This document shows positions 25,801 to 39,425 of a stretch of DNA of 64,000 bases, piece after piece; within the stretch, counting starts at the first letter, position 1, and each line of letters opens with the position of its first letter. A model generated the notes under the pieces. The model ran no database searches. It had not been told where the DNA came from and saw nothing but the letters and a program-made list of their open reading frames with translations. A program made the translations under genes and the position numbers. This DNA is from Octopus bimaculoides (lineage: Eukaryota), in NCBI RefSeq assembly GCF_001194135.2, contig NC_068999.1, positions 13,524,505 to 13,588,504 on the forward strand. Reading direction: 5' to 3'.

Positions 25801-27461
25801 TTATCAATTTTTACTCAATACAATTTGATATTCCAATAGTAAAGTTATTCAAATACATTTTGCGTTCAGTTATATCTTTGAGAAAGAGATCTAGGACGCA
25901 AGGGGATATGTCTTTTAACTGGAAGACAAAAAGCATGGTTATTTACAGAATAGTTGTGTCATTAAGAATTTGCTTGTGGCATTTAACCTGAAAATGCGTA
26001 TTCATGCTTGAGGGATAGAGCCAGGCTTAAAGTGAATTGTGTATAACTTGGCAGGATGCAAATAAAAGCTATATATGTATATATATATATATATATATNN
26101 NNNNNNNNNNNNNNNNNNNNNNNNNNNNNNNNNNNNNNNNNNNNNNNNNNNNNNNNNNNNNNNNNNNNNNNNNNNNNNNNNNNNNNNNNNNNNNNNNNNN
26201 NNNNNNNNNNNNNNNNNNNNNNNNNNNNNNNNNNNNNNNNNNNNNNNNNNNNNNNNNNNNNNNNNNNNNNNNNNNNNNNNNNNNNNNNNNNNNNNNNNNN
26301 NNNNNNNNNNNNNNNNNNNNNNNNNNNNNNNNNNNNNNNNNNNNNNNNNNNNNNNNNNNNNNNNNNNNNNNNNNNNNNNNNNNNNNNNNNNNNNNNNNNN
26401 NNNNNNNNNNNNNNNNNNNNNNNNNNNNNNNNNNNNNNNNNNNNNNNNNNNNNNNNNNNNNNNNNNNNNNNNNNNNNNNNNNNNNNNNNNNNNNNNNNNN
26501 NNNNNNNNNNNNNNNNNNNNNNNNNNNNNNNNNNNNNNNNNNNNNNNNNNNNNNNCACACGGGCACACGCGCACACACGAACGCACCAACACACACATAC
26601 ATCCACACATATTCATACACTTTCTTTGTTTTGTGGCAATAACAGAAATGCATATACATACATACACACTAGGACGGTAGTGCGGGCGCGTAAGTCTCGC
26701 TTAAGGAAGGAAATAATATAAAAATTGCAATATTCCTTATTTTTGCGATCGATATATTTTTTATAGATTGTGAAGTTATATATTTTGGAGCGAATAAACT
26801 CCAGAAAGGTAAGACTGTATTACGAACGAATATATATATGCACCTCGTTAACTTATAATGTAACAAGATTCGGAAAATATAAGAAGCATATGCTTGTTAC
26901 ACGAATTGTAAGTATGATTTCTAACCTTTTACGGTTTTGAAGTGTAAGAGGCGTCAGGACATCGTTTTGTGTGTTTCGCGCTGTTTGTTCAGACATTCTG
27001 CACACCGTTCTTAAATGACGATCAAGTCAGACTTGCCTTCCATTTATTTCGAGTACGAAAAATAATAAAAATGAAAGGTTATGTAGTGGTGAGACTAACC
27101 TTTTTCGGACCAAATGCCTTGTCTTAGCAGCTTATAATTTATATTTGTAAGTATAAATCACTCCTGATCCTACAAGGAGGAGGAAATTCTAATACCACTT
27201 CAACCTGGGAACTATCAATCAACTTTCAAATCTTGAAAACGTTGCTATTTTTTGTTTCATACTTTCTAATTCGTTTTACTCCTAAGAGATAATTCTGAGA
27301 CAACATTCATTTGTGTGTGAAATGACCTATATTATATATACATTGTAATTCACAGTATTTAAATTCAATGGTGCAGCGTTAAAGAACCACAATTACATAA
27401 ATGCTTTATAACTTGTACCGTAATATTTGCGAAGCCACCAAACAGAATTTATGTAACTTAC

Positions 27462-27496
27462 TTGTTGTAGCTCTCAAAGAAGTGTTCCAAAATAGG
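27462..27496 (-). CDS. Candidate 35-nt exon (PILEHFFESYN in phase 0); product unknown
   Basis: Minus strand shows ggttcttcttttag| acceptor and CAA|gtaagt donor. No homology recognised. Confidence 0.2.
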
Positions 27497-27513
27497 CTAA
27501 AAGAAGAACCTGC

Positions 27514-27673
27514 TCGCGAATTGTCATGAGCGATATAAATTTCTTAATCGTAATGGGGATTATGTAACAACATATATATATATATATATATAAACACACA
27601 ACATGGCATAGGGCTGCTGTTGTTACATAATCCCCATTACGATTAAGAAATGTATATCGCTCATGACAATTCG

Positions 27674-27676
<3 letters not shown>
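27514..27676. repeat. 59-bp inverted repeat (58/59 identical) with a 45-nt spacer
   Basis: 27514-27572 matches the reverse complement of 27618-27676, with a single mismatch at 27538. Confidence 0.95.
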
Positions 27677-27738
<62 letters not shown>

Positions 27739-30700
27739 TGTGCCATGTTGAAGGAAAAACCACAGTTTCATGGTCCTACATGGATATCACAACGCCTATA
27801 TATGCTTGCAGAATCCACTTGAAGTTTGCTGATTTTCTGAATAGATACCAATTGAAAAAATGTCGTATAAATCAGCAAAAACACTAGTGTTAATAGAAGC
27901 CACTAGAAAGTGCAGTCTAACGGACTACTTAACAACGACTTCAATTTTACTTGCAAGTATGCCCGGTAGACCCATAAATCATATGACTAATTAACAGTAA
28001 ATAGTAAAGAAGAAGAGACATGATCACCGCGGAAGGGAATTAATTCTCGAAATGAAAATGTTAGAAAGTACACATGAAAAGAAAAAGGCCATGGAAAAGA
28101 GTGGTGGAACAAGCAATTTGAATCGGATCTCTAACTTCTAATTCCATTGACTAAGAATAGCTTATAAAGGAATCTCTATACACATGCTTGGGCAATATGT
28201 AAGAAAAATGAAATGGGATAGGCCGCCGTCATTAGCAAAAATGAAAATTATTTTTAACTATACCCAGCTGTGATTTTGCGCTATTTCAGAAAGTTTTCTA
28301 TAACACAAAAACATTCAGATGCTTCCGTGCCCATTAGCTTTTTAAAATGGCATATCATCATTATAATTTTAAGTTAATGTATCAATAAGATATTTCTTTT
28401 ATAAGCCAAAGTATATCTTATACATCAATTGCTCAATCTTTTTCTTATATTACGTAATGGTTCGCCTATGCATTAGTATATTATTTTATCCGGAAAATAT
28501 GTTAGACCCTTTGACTTAATCATCATTATTGTTTTTAGACGTTGAGTGGAAGCATCATTAGCGCAAAAACAAAAGAAAAGTAAAACAATAAACTATTTCG
28601 TCCGGCGCTTATGTTCTATTCCTAATTCCGGCAATTATGACTTTGTTTTTCATATTTTCCATCGATAAAACTAGTTACAGTTGAACATGTGATTGATTTC
28701 CTCATGTTGACCTAATGCCGAATTTAGAAAGATTTTTTTTTTTTGCTATCAGCGTCAACACCTCGTATCGGTTTGAAAATCCAGGTAAACATTAGTGTCT
28801 TAAAATGATATTGAGATATATTTTTAAAAACATTTCATAGAGATATCCAACGTAAATTGACGTTATCTGGGAATATATTGTCACTAGTAACAAATCCTGT
28901 AAATGCAAATTTCTGAGTGCTATGAATATTTCCCTTTATAGGTACTTTGTGTTCATTATCATATTAATTTGTATTGCTATCGCTATAATCTGTAACTATT
29001 AATACATTCGCCGTCAAGGAAACGTCAGACATTGTATATGTAATCTAGTGACCTGTCTCTTAGCTAATAAATGTTTCATTGAATACGTGAGTTGGCATGT
29101 TCCTGGGCAGGTGCAACTTCTTGTGAAATATATTTAACACGATTAACGTTTGCAAGCTTACATGTTTGTTCGCATTATACACATATTCTTGAATATATTA
29201 GAGAAATATATGAATCACTCTCTTCTGTTTTCCTGGCTGGTTAAATGTTCAACATATTATAATTTAACTGTATTGGTCTACAAATAACAGAGATTTCGAA
29301 GTGGTCGCTAACATTCCAAAGTAATATACAGTCAAAGCAAAGGAAATGTATGACAGAACACGTTCACTTGCTTGCAGTATGTCACTTGCATACGAACAGC
29401 TATGACGCATAAGAACATTGAGAAGTAGGGGTTGTATTATGAGTTTTGAAGAGATTGTCGGTCAGAAATTTATCACAAAGAAGCTACCCATGCAACATCA
29501 ACCAAACAGATGAAATTATAGATAGGCACCAACCAACAGCCGTCTTGTGTTATATCCAGTTATATGGTTCAACTAATGCAATAACCGCGGAGGATAAAGA
29601 AAGCGCAGAACAGAATATATTTTCGGCCTAGATTCTAGTCTATGTTCTTCAGTTACATATTCTATTCGACCAAATGCCTTTATGATCCAAGCCAGTGTGG
29701 AATTCCAGCCTGACCAGAGTGAAGCCTCCCCGGTTCATTTTCATTTGAAATAAATGCATTTCACTGCTGAGATTGCTAATATCGTGTGATGGTTTTCAGT
29801 TAAAGACTGTTTCGGCATATCAAATTCTTATGAACAATCGTGAGCTGAGTCTTTGCTGTAGAAAGATAATCATATATGGTGTCTAGTAATACAAACGCTT
29901 TATGAGGCACGTATTTCTACAGTTCATTTCTGTGCCTGATGCGCGGGAATATTGATTATCACCCGGCGCAGCCACCTGCAACCAAACGGNNNNNNNNNNN
30001 NNNNNNNNNNNNNNNNNNNNNNNNNNNNNNNNNNNNNNNNNNNNNNNNNNNNNNNNNNNNNNNNNNNNNNNNNNNNNNNNNNNNNNNNNNNNNNNNNNNN
30101 NNNNNNNNNNNNNNNNNNNNNNNNNNNNNNNNNNNNNNNNNNNNNNNNNNNNNNNNNNNNATATATATATATATATATATATATACATACATATTTATAC
30201 ACACACTTTAGCTTATAAGTTTTTGTACGTTTATTTAACCCACCCCAAATTAAGGATTTGCCTCCCTTGTCACGAGTAATAAATATTTGGATAAATTTTC
30301 TGACACTGCAAAAACCTGGCAATCATGTGACTGAGAAGATGACTTTCATAGCTATTGACGATAAGCGTGCTGTTTAAAAGTGTCACTCTGAGGATTATTA
30401 TCCCTTATATCATAGAAAACTGGTAGTGGACTAGTGTAATTCAAAATAGGTTAACACCTTCCTCTATTTGTAGGCGGTAATATAAGAATTATTTGAAATT
30501 TGTCCAATATTAGTATCAATTTAATTAATTCGTTAGAGACCTTCAGTGATAGTTTACCAATATACAATAGCGTGCATCGTAATTTAATATAAATCGTTTA
30601 TTTTCATTTACCAAATAAAATTAAAGCTAGAACAAGGAATCGTAGTATATTCATATGTTGAAGGTAGAGAACGGAGTTGAAGATAAGACGGTATTATTAC

Positions 30701-31799
30701 AATACATTGATGAATCTGATAACATCAATGGCTTGTCGTCAGATAATACGTACGTCTGTGCACGAAAATGTGTGTGTTTCTAGTTCATTTCGAACCAATT
30801 TACAGTTTATTCCCAAATGGACTAATATATTCCGTAGTCTGATAGGAGTTTGCCACTGCATGAACGTCTTGACCTAAGTATACATTTCTATAACGTCGAT
30901 ACATACTGAATAGCTGAAGTACAACATTTCAGGATGGAAGGACAATACCTTTAGATGCACAATTGATATATGCACTGCCAGTGTTTATTAGTATAAAAAA
31001 CATGATACTGAGCATGGCTGAAGGATTAAATTTGTCCGGTTGTTACATTTAGTAAAAGTAGTTCAATCCGAATATACGGTACATTCTACAATAGATTTCA
31101 GTTACCGAATATGTAATGCCTTGAGATGAGATAATCGTTAGATATTAGTAGGTTGACACTGTAATGACTGCAATGGCACATGAAAGGTTCACGTAACTGC
31201 AACATTTTCAATCGAAACATTATGGAATTATATCGCATATTTATATTTATTTCTGTTGGAGGTGATGAAAACTTTTTGAACTTCACTGTTTACATTTAGA
31301 AAGATCGTTCCCTCTCTGTATATATTTCAAGTGAGTTTTACCTTAATGTGCTATGTAATTAAACTCACATTAATACGGTTACTATTTCCGTACGTCGCGG
31401 TTTTATTACTATGTTATATGTATTCATGCGGATTTATAGAGACCAATATCAAAAAGTACTATCTTTAGATTATAAATGTATTTCTCAGGTCGGAACATAT
31501 TTCCTTTGGCGAAATAATAATCCTGACGTATAATCCGTAATATTCTGATATTATTCAGTAGCAGCATCGGATTCCACCTACAACGTATCATGCGAGATAC
31601 ACAATAACAAAACACATTATTAAACTAAGAAATACAAATATAACTTGTAGACGTCAATCGACCTGTTCATCATAACATTCAGCAATGCGTTCAATCACAT
31701 ATTCCAGTCTCAATAGGCTTCATGTGCACTAGATTATATTCAGTTCTCTGTGGTGCACCGTATTTGAATAAAGGATAGAACGCCTTTTGATAGTTTTAC

Positions 31800-31817
31800 C
31801 CTTTTAAACATTATCTC
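31800..31817 (-). CDS. Candidate 18-nt micro-exon (EIMFKR)
   Basis: Minus strand shows a long pyrimidine tract ending ...tttactaatatag| and an AGG|gtaaaa donor. Phase 0-0. Confidence 0.15.
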
Positions 31818-32340
31818 CTATATTAGTAAACAGGACAAAAAAAGCAAAAATGAAGGTAACATTATTGATCAGGTTAATAAGGTGGCCTTTACGGTTTAGC
31901 TCTGTTTATTGAAATAGCAATTACCACTTAAACGTTTGTAACATCTTACAATTATAACTCACAGAGCATAATATACAAATATACAAATTTATATACTTTG
32001 GAAAATAACACGCAATCGTCATAGTTTTGATAGTTTCATCAATAATTTAAGTGGTTAAAAGACACATTCGTCAAAAGCCGCTTAATAAGATCAATGGTAA
32101 GTACCACAGTATGAAGCAAATGTAAATGGAGTTTTTCATCGTGATGCTTCATAGATCTGAACAACAATTATTATGATTTAATCTCTCTCTCTCTATTTCT
32201 CTCTCTATCTCTACCTCTCTCTCGTTCTCTCTGTCATTTTTTGCAATTCGCGCACTACACAGAAATATTTGCACATACGTTTCAGACACAGTATATACAT
32301 ACATATATGCATTAATACACTTTTACTCTTTTACTATTTT

Positions 32341-32490
32341 ACTTGTTTCAGCCGTTTGACTGCAGCCATGATGGAGCACCGCATTTTAGTCGAATAAATC
32401 CACTGCTCAACTTGTTATTTGTAAGCCTACTAATTACTCTATCGGTCTATTTTCCCGAAGCGCTAATTTACGGGGACATGAAGACACCGA
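32341..32490 (-). mobile_element. Diverged SINE 3' module (same as 44410-44595)
   Basis: TTTCAGCCGTTTGACTGCAGCCATGATGGAGCACCGC...CTATCGGTC...CGAAGCGCTAA aligns to 44415-44535. Confidence 0.75.
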
Positions 32491-33528
32491 GATTATATTC
32501 GTTTACTTTGCGATGTAATTGTTAGGGCCGGTTCACACTTTTCGGACACAATTTGAATAGATTTCTAATTAAATTTTGAAACAAAGAACAGAAATAATAC
32601 AGAGCACTCTCATGATGAAACTGTTTTTTTAATCATGATCTACAATGAAAATGAGATGCAGAATTTACTTTATATAACGTCCAATGTCGAAGTCAGTATT
32701 GCGGATTTATTTATGATCCCCGCTTGGGTTGTATCGAAACGGTTTTTAGTGGGCATAACATATGAGAATATTGAAATAAAGGAATTCGAGATACGATGTA
32801 CCACTGAAATCTCTGAGACGGTCTCTTCTGTTAATATTTAAACTATTTGCCGAGTGGCAGTCTTATAATATACATCAAATTCTTTGTTCTCATACCGTTC
32901 ACCTATTAACTATTGGTGCATTCCGGATATTTCTAAGTAATTGTAGTTTTTTGCTATGGAAATCAATTGCCATTATACATGTGTCTGTGAGTACATGTTG
33001 CCACGTATATCAAGAATACCATTGTATATGAAGTTCTACGTCATATACTTATATCATATATTTCTCTACTATATTCCAGTATTGTATTATGGTTATATAT
33101 TACATCAATACATTATATGCTACTTTTATTATATATATTTTCTATAACTGTATATTTTATTATGAGACTGGAGGAATTACATTTTTCAGAGTAAGATACC
33201 AGTAAGGTATCATATGTATATGCATTCGACTTGAGGTAAAATTAACGACAGTGAAACGAATATTGGCTGACATTGAATTAAATATATTCAGATAATTAAT
33301 TATGCATTTTACCATACGGCTATTCTTTTCAAAGCTATTGTAGTAAGTATATAATCATGCAGGTTCGTTCATAATGAATCGTAAATCGATACATGTGCTA
33401 CTCTTTTCGAGAAAATTAGTGTTTATAAGTCCTTTTGGCAAAATGCGTTCAGATTGTGAGTATGTATATGTCAGGGACTACACTGTATACCTATTTTCAT
33501 TGTGGTACTTTGCTGTCTTTCATTTTAC

Positions 33529-33560
33529 CTTGTAGTTGAAAGGGTGATCTTCTGATATTT
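33529..33560 (-). CDS. Candidate 32-nt exon ((E)ISEDHPFNYK, or alternative frames)
   Basis: Minus strand shows ttttcgttcgagtttctag| and AAG|gtaaaa. All three frames are open. Confidence 0.18.
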
Positions 33561-34696
33561 CTAGAAACTCGAACGAAAATGTAATAATTACCTTTTCCTT
33601 TGAATTGCAGGGGTATATTAGCGGTTATTCATGAATTGGAAATTTTATAATTCATTGTGTAACTTTCCATGTAATTAAAATTATATCAATTATTAAACTT
33701 ATCCTGCATTGACGTACAATCAAATATACCCGATTAAGTTTAAGATATGCTAGCAAATGCGAACTGTAATTAAGAGTTCTTGATTATGAAGAGGTATAAA
33801 ACAGAAATTCACAAGGTTTATACGTAGAGTATCACACATTGCGAAGCGCTAACCCTGTTATATAATATATAGTATAAGAAAATGAACGATCCGTAATTAT
33901 ATTTCGATATTTGATTAAGAATTAGCAGGATAAATATAAATACGTTTGAAGTCACGACAAGATAGACGCTCGCTAGTTTGACATGGAAATGACAGACATG
34001 GCATATGCACATCCACTATAGTACATATTTGTATGTAATGCATGGATGACCGTTTCGTCCATTGAATGCAAATAAGAAGTGTCCAGTTTCCAGTACTCGG
34101 ACGATCATTCACTAAATAGCGCGCAGAGAGGTGCAATATTTCTCAGAGTCAAGCTCTATTAATTCAATTATAGTGTCAACCTATGTCAAGATTTGATCTT
34201 TGAAATATCGATAGCATTTAGCCAACCAGAATCTGCAGCGTATCCACCAAAATAATTAGAAGATATCAATTGCATTGGACATTCTGTTAGTAAATAATAG
34301 TTATTCGACAGCATAGTTGCGTCCACCACACATTATTCTATGTTGTACAAAATAGTGTATAGAGAATATCATACTCATTGCTGTAATAACTACCGATAAA
34401 GTTATAACTATACATAGGAGAGTAATATGTACAGCATTAACACGAGTTGAATCACAATGATTATTCGGGAAATATAATGCCGCTACTAACATTAATGCTG
34501 TGTGCATTGTGAAATGAATGCAATTTATTTAGCAATTAATGAAATTTAGTGGCCGTCGCAGTTACATTACAATAATAGGAAATGCGCTGTTGGAGTATAA
34601 TCTGTTACCACCGATATTTCTACGTCTCTGTTTTGGTTAAAACACATAATCATTGAATGCTTTCTATTTCACACACACACGTGCATGAAATATTGA

Positions 34697-34869
34697 ATAC
34701 GGTGGAGACGTGGCTGTCTGGTAAGAAGCTAGATTCCCAGCAATATGGATCCAGGCTCAAACTTCTGCGTGGCACCTTTGGCAAGTCTCTTCTACTATAG
34801 CCTCGGGCTGACCAAAGTCTTGTGAGAGAATTTTGTATACGGAAACTGCAAAAAACCGTCGCATACATG

Positions 34870-34902
<33 letters not shown>

Positions 34903-34985
34903 GGGGGGGAGATGCTTGTGTGTGCTTCCCCCCTCCACACACACACATCACTTAACATACGATGCTGGTGCATTTGCATCCGCGT
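34697..34985 (+). mobile_element. Composite tRNA-derived SINE: head, (TA)n, start of the 3' module; cut by a gap
   Basis: GTGGCTGTCTGGTAAGAAGCT...CTATAGCCTCGGGCTGACCAAAG...CGGAAACTG, then the TA array, then ACATCACTTAACATACGATGCTGGTG. Same order as 44410-45006. Confidence 0.85.
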
Positions 34986-36959
34986 NNNNNNNNNNNNNNN
35001 NNNNNNNNNNNNNNNNNNNNNNNNNNNNNNNNNNNNNNNNNNNNNNNNNNNNNNNNNNNNNNNNNNNNNNNNNNNNNNNNNNNNNNNNNNNNNNNNNNNN
35101 NNNNNNNNNNNNNNNNNNNNNNNNNNNNNNNNNNNNNNNNNNNNNNNNNNNNNNNNNNNNNNNNNNNNNNNNNNNNNNNNNNNNNNNNNNNNNNNNNNNN
35201 NNNNNNNNNNNNNNNNNNNNNNNNNNNNNNNNNNNNNNNNNNNNNNNNNNNNNNNNNNNNNNNNNNNNNNNNNNNNNNNNNNNNNNNNNNNNNNNNNNNN
35301 NNNNNNNNNNNNNNNNNNNNNNNNNNNNNNNNNNNNNNNNNNNNNNNNNNNNNNNNNNNNNNNNNNNNNNNNNNNNNNNNNNNNNNNNNNNNNNNNNNNN
35401 NNNNNNNNNNNNNNNNNNNNNNNNNNNNNNNNNNNNNNNNNNNNNNNNNNNNNNNNNNNNNNNNNNNNNNNNNNNNNNNNNNNNNNNNNNNNNNNNNNNN
35501 NNNNNNNNNNNNNNNNNNNNNNNNNNNNNNNNNNNNNNNNNNNNNNNNNNNNNNNNNNNNNNNNNNNNNNNNNNNNNNNNNNNNNNNNNNNNNNNNNNNN
35601 NNNNNNNNNNNNNNNNNNNNNNNNNNNNNNNNNNNNNNNNNNNNNNNNNNNNNNNNNNNNNNNNNNNNNNNNNNNNNNNNNNNNNNNNNNNNNNNNNNNN
35701 NNNNNNNNNNNNNNNNNNNNNNNNNNNNNNNNNNNNNNNNNNNNNNNNNNNNNNNNNNNNNNNNNNNNNNNNNNATATATTAATGGATGAATGTGAGTTC
35801 GTCCTTTAGAGTATTTCCAGCGTTGCTTCTTCATACTCTCCTATTGAATTTACTGATGTAAATTTGTATAAGTATAAACACTTATATAGAAGTAATCAGT
35901 ATATAATTTAACTTATGGAACACAGTTCAACAAATTCATTCATATTTATGTATTGGAGGAGGTTAGATGTTAAAATGGATTATAGTTTTTCTATGTTTAC
36001 TTTTTCTTTTTTCAAGTTGCTATACAGAGTGTTGCATACAAATGACTCATATATACATAATAGAAAATCGGAATCGTCAAATTTTCACACTACTATAACT
36101 TGGCTAAAAATTAGTTTCAAATGAACACACATAGAAAATCATAGAGAAAATGTAAGTTTTTTTTTAATATCACATGCATTTGCACCCAACTATTTATTTT
36201 TCAATTTCGTGTAAATATGTATTACAGAACAACAAACGCATCATTACTAAGAGAAAATCAATGTACTTCCAACGTGTCTTTTGGGATTTTTTTAGCGTTT
36301 AGCGAAGCTAACGATGAGTACAAATTTGTCAATTCCGGCTTTCTGGTATGGGTATCTGATCCATTTGTATGAATTCGTATAGCGCCCATGAACAATAAAA
36401 ACCCAAATCCCTTTTAACGTCTAATCTCCTCCATGAGAGAAATCATATACTGATAACTTTATATATATATATATATNNNNNNNNNNNNNNNNNNNNNNNN
36501 NNNNNNNNNNNNNNNNNNNNNNNNNNNNNNNNNNNNNNNNNNNNNNNNNNNNNNNNNNNNNNNNNNNNNNNNNNNNNNNNNNNNNNNNNNNNNNNNNNNN
36601 NNNNNNNNNNNNNNNNNNNNNNNNNNNNNNNNNNNNNNNNNNNNNNNNNNNNNNNNNNNNNNNNNNNNNNNNNNNNNNNNNNAAATCCAGTACACATTTA
36701 AAACATCCACAAGTCTGCCGAAGTATTATTTCTTAGTAAATGTAAATGTGATTTGGGTCGTGGTTCATTGTCGTTACACGCAAATTAATGAATGCATATA
36801 TTTACGGCGATTATGATTCCGTTGTAATGATAAATACATTGTAGTATCTGAATGGCTAGTTGTGGATATGAGACATATAAAGTTACATAGCTGAATCGAG
36901 CTTAATTTAATGCAGCTAAATAATTCGCACATCCCAGTAATGTATCGGTAAAAACTTAC

Positions 36960-37014
36960 TTATAGAAAACAGTATTAATATTTACACCAATGGATCGACC
37001 ATAAAACCGAGTAC
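36960..37014 (-). CDS. Candidate 55-nt exon ((G)TRFYGRSIGVNINTVFY)
   Basis: Minus strand shows tttacattgcag| and TAA|gtaagt. Only one frame is open. Confidence 0.18.
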
Positions 37015-38998
37015 CTGCAATGTAAATTACTTCCCATTCATAAATACTACCGGCATGTATACATGATCGTATATTATCATGTATGTATGTGTGTATGAAT
37101 CCTGTGTTCCGTTACAAATCATTGTTAATACCTTACATCGTTTACACGCGTTTGCTTTTCATTTTTGGTACATTTTATTCTGTTATACCTAAAAACAAGA
37201 ATCCAAATAATCAGTTTATTCTTCAGTTTACACGATTTATTTCGGCAATTACTTTAAGTATCTTTCACATTTTTTCTTCAAATTGTATAATTATATAAAA
37301 GTGATTTTTCTTGAACAGAGAACTCATTGGATGTTACCTTCTATAACAATCATTTTATCAATGGAAAATGTGTCTTGCACCATTAAAATGACACATAAGT
37401 CACAGACGCTTTGTAATAACGGGTTAAAGGAGCGGAAGAATTGTTTGTAATAAATCGTATCTATAATTCGCTGAACGTGTCAGAACCTTTAAATTGCTGG
37501 AATATTTCCTTGAAACAAGAATTCGAAAACAAATTCGAATTTCCAGGTGAATAAGTTACATTCTTTGAGATTATTGAGTTATTTCATCGAAAGAAACAAT
37601 ACAGTATGCACATATAACATTTTAAAGCATTTATTTCCCTTCATATTTAGATATCGAATATAATAATTATTGAAAATGTATTTCTTATATTCTTTATATC
37701 CGATGTCATTATTAATGCAATTTGTCAGTGAGAGAGCGTGCTCTACTTTGTATACATAGAGAGTCTGTTTCTGCTATAAATCAACATGTATTATATGGGG
37801 AAAAATTGCATATTAGGCATGGAGCTATCAGCAGCATGTGATTAATTTTCACGTGCTACTAATATCCTATGAGCTTCTGAAATTACTTGGGCGTACATTC
37901 AGTGTCGACTCGTCTTCATAGATGATTAAAATACACACTTCCAAAATATTTCAATATCGAAACGTGTCAGGTATATCTTCTCAATTAACGTTTCTTAGCA
38001 TTTACACCTGCAAATTAGCTTGCATCCGAAAACAGTACTGGTAGCATGACAAACAACACATTATGTTTCTTCGTGTCCTTAATTTATTTTTCTGTTATCT
38101 TGGTTGAAATATTATTCGTTTTCATTTGTAATATATTCCTTTGTAGCACTTCTTCATGCCTACTAGTTCAATTAGTTGTAGTGTGTTAAACCTAAAACCA
38201 TTGCATCATTACGTATTAGAGAATCATATGTAATGCCTCATAGACAAAGAGAAACATGATGGTGGTGTGTAGTCGTACCTGATATAGCAGAAACCTCTTA
38301 ATATCTCAAAGTACAAATATGTTCACTAACAATGTTTGAATATAAAACGTTAACTTTTCGAATAATGTATTTAAAATTGACACACTCAAATTAACAGACA
38401 CATTTGTTCGCACATGAAAACTTCAAAACGTAAAAATAAAGAAAGATACAATAGTAGAATATGAATAGAACTACACGATTTTCTAATGTAGAAGACAACG
38501 TATTTGCGCATACGTCAACCACACCATGGCTATGGGCAATAGCAACAACAATGGAAAACTTTTTATATCATATGTTGATATGTCAACTAGACTGGCAGAT
38601 CACAGCTTACACTATACTAAACGCAATAAGAGCAGCAACGTGTAGGTATTTTTTATTATATTTACTAACCATAGGCTCAGGAATGGTTATGCATCTATGT
38701 AGGTATGTATCTGTGCGTGTGTGTCTGTGTGTGTGTGTGTTTGTGTCTGTGTCTGTGTGTGTTTGTGTGTGTGTCTGTGTATGTGTGAGTGCGTAATATT
38801 TTGGATTAGTGGGTATATGTTGAGCGTTGTAGTATTGAGTAGAACACTGGTATGGATTGTAGTAACTGGTGTCATCCGCAGGTAGGGGCATTTGCGTTGC
38901 ATCTACTTCAGAGATTCTGCAATGTTAATTGAGATATTAATAATTGACAGCTTTATGTCATTCTTTTATTTTTTTATATATAAACACGCTGATATATC

Positions 38999-39086
<88 letters not shown>

Positions 39087-39368
39087 TGTGTGTTTGTTTT
39101 GCGAGCAGAGTCGTACTACTGTTATTTCTATCAGGTGAGGAGTCCAGTACTGAAGAGAAGAAGAAATAGCCCGAAACCAGGTTCGCACTATATCGGATGA
39201 AGTTATGTATCATTAACAAACTACAAGCCATGTCCCCTTGGGGTTAAAACATCGTACTATTTGTTCTTCATATCCGAATACACAATATATATGTTAACAT
39301 GTGACATGTTAGAGGTGCCTTTATGAAAACTTAGTGTCACTTTGCTCCGGTATATCTGGTTTGCGTTT

Positions 39369-39425
39369 CACTTCACGTCTCTAACATCACTTCACGTCTC
39401 TAACATCACTTCAGGTCTCTAACAT
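39369..39425. repeat. 19-bp minisatellite x3 (CACTTCACGTCTCTAACAT)
   Basis: Units at 39369, 39388 and 39407 with one substitution. Confidence 0.95.

Noticed and set aside
30383-30435. CTGAGGA...GAAA motif
   Set aside because: There is no stem II pairing and no UH triplet in register.
34301-34507. Hydrophobic 68-aa ORF resembling a membrane protein
   Set aside because: It is explained by AT-rich, three-periodic low-complexity sequence.
39149-39190. CTGAAGA...GAAACCAGGTT motif, and nearby ambiguous splice signals
   Set aside because: Stems I and II are absent. The CAG/GTGAG at 39132-39139 reads equally as donor or acceptor, so no exon is called.
39369-39425. CRISPR-like direct repeats
   Set aside because: The units are contiguous with no spacers, in a eukaryotic context; this is a simple minisatellite.
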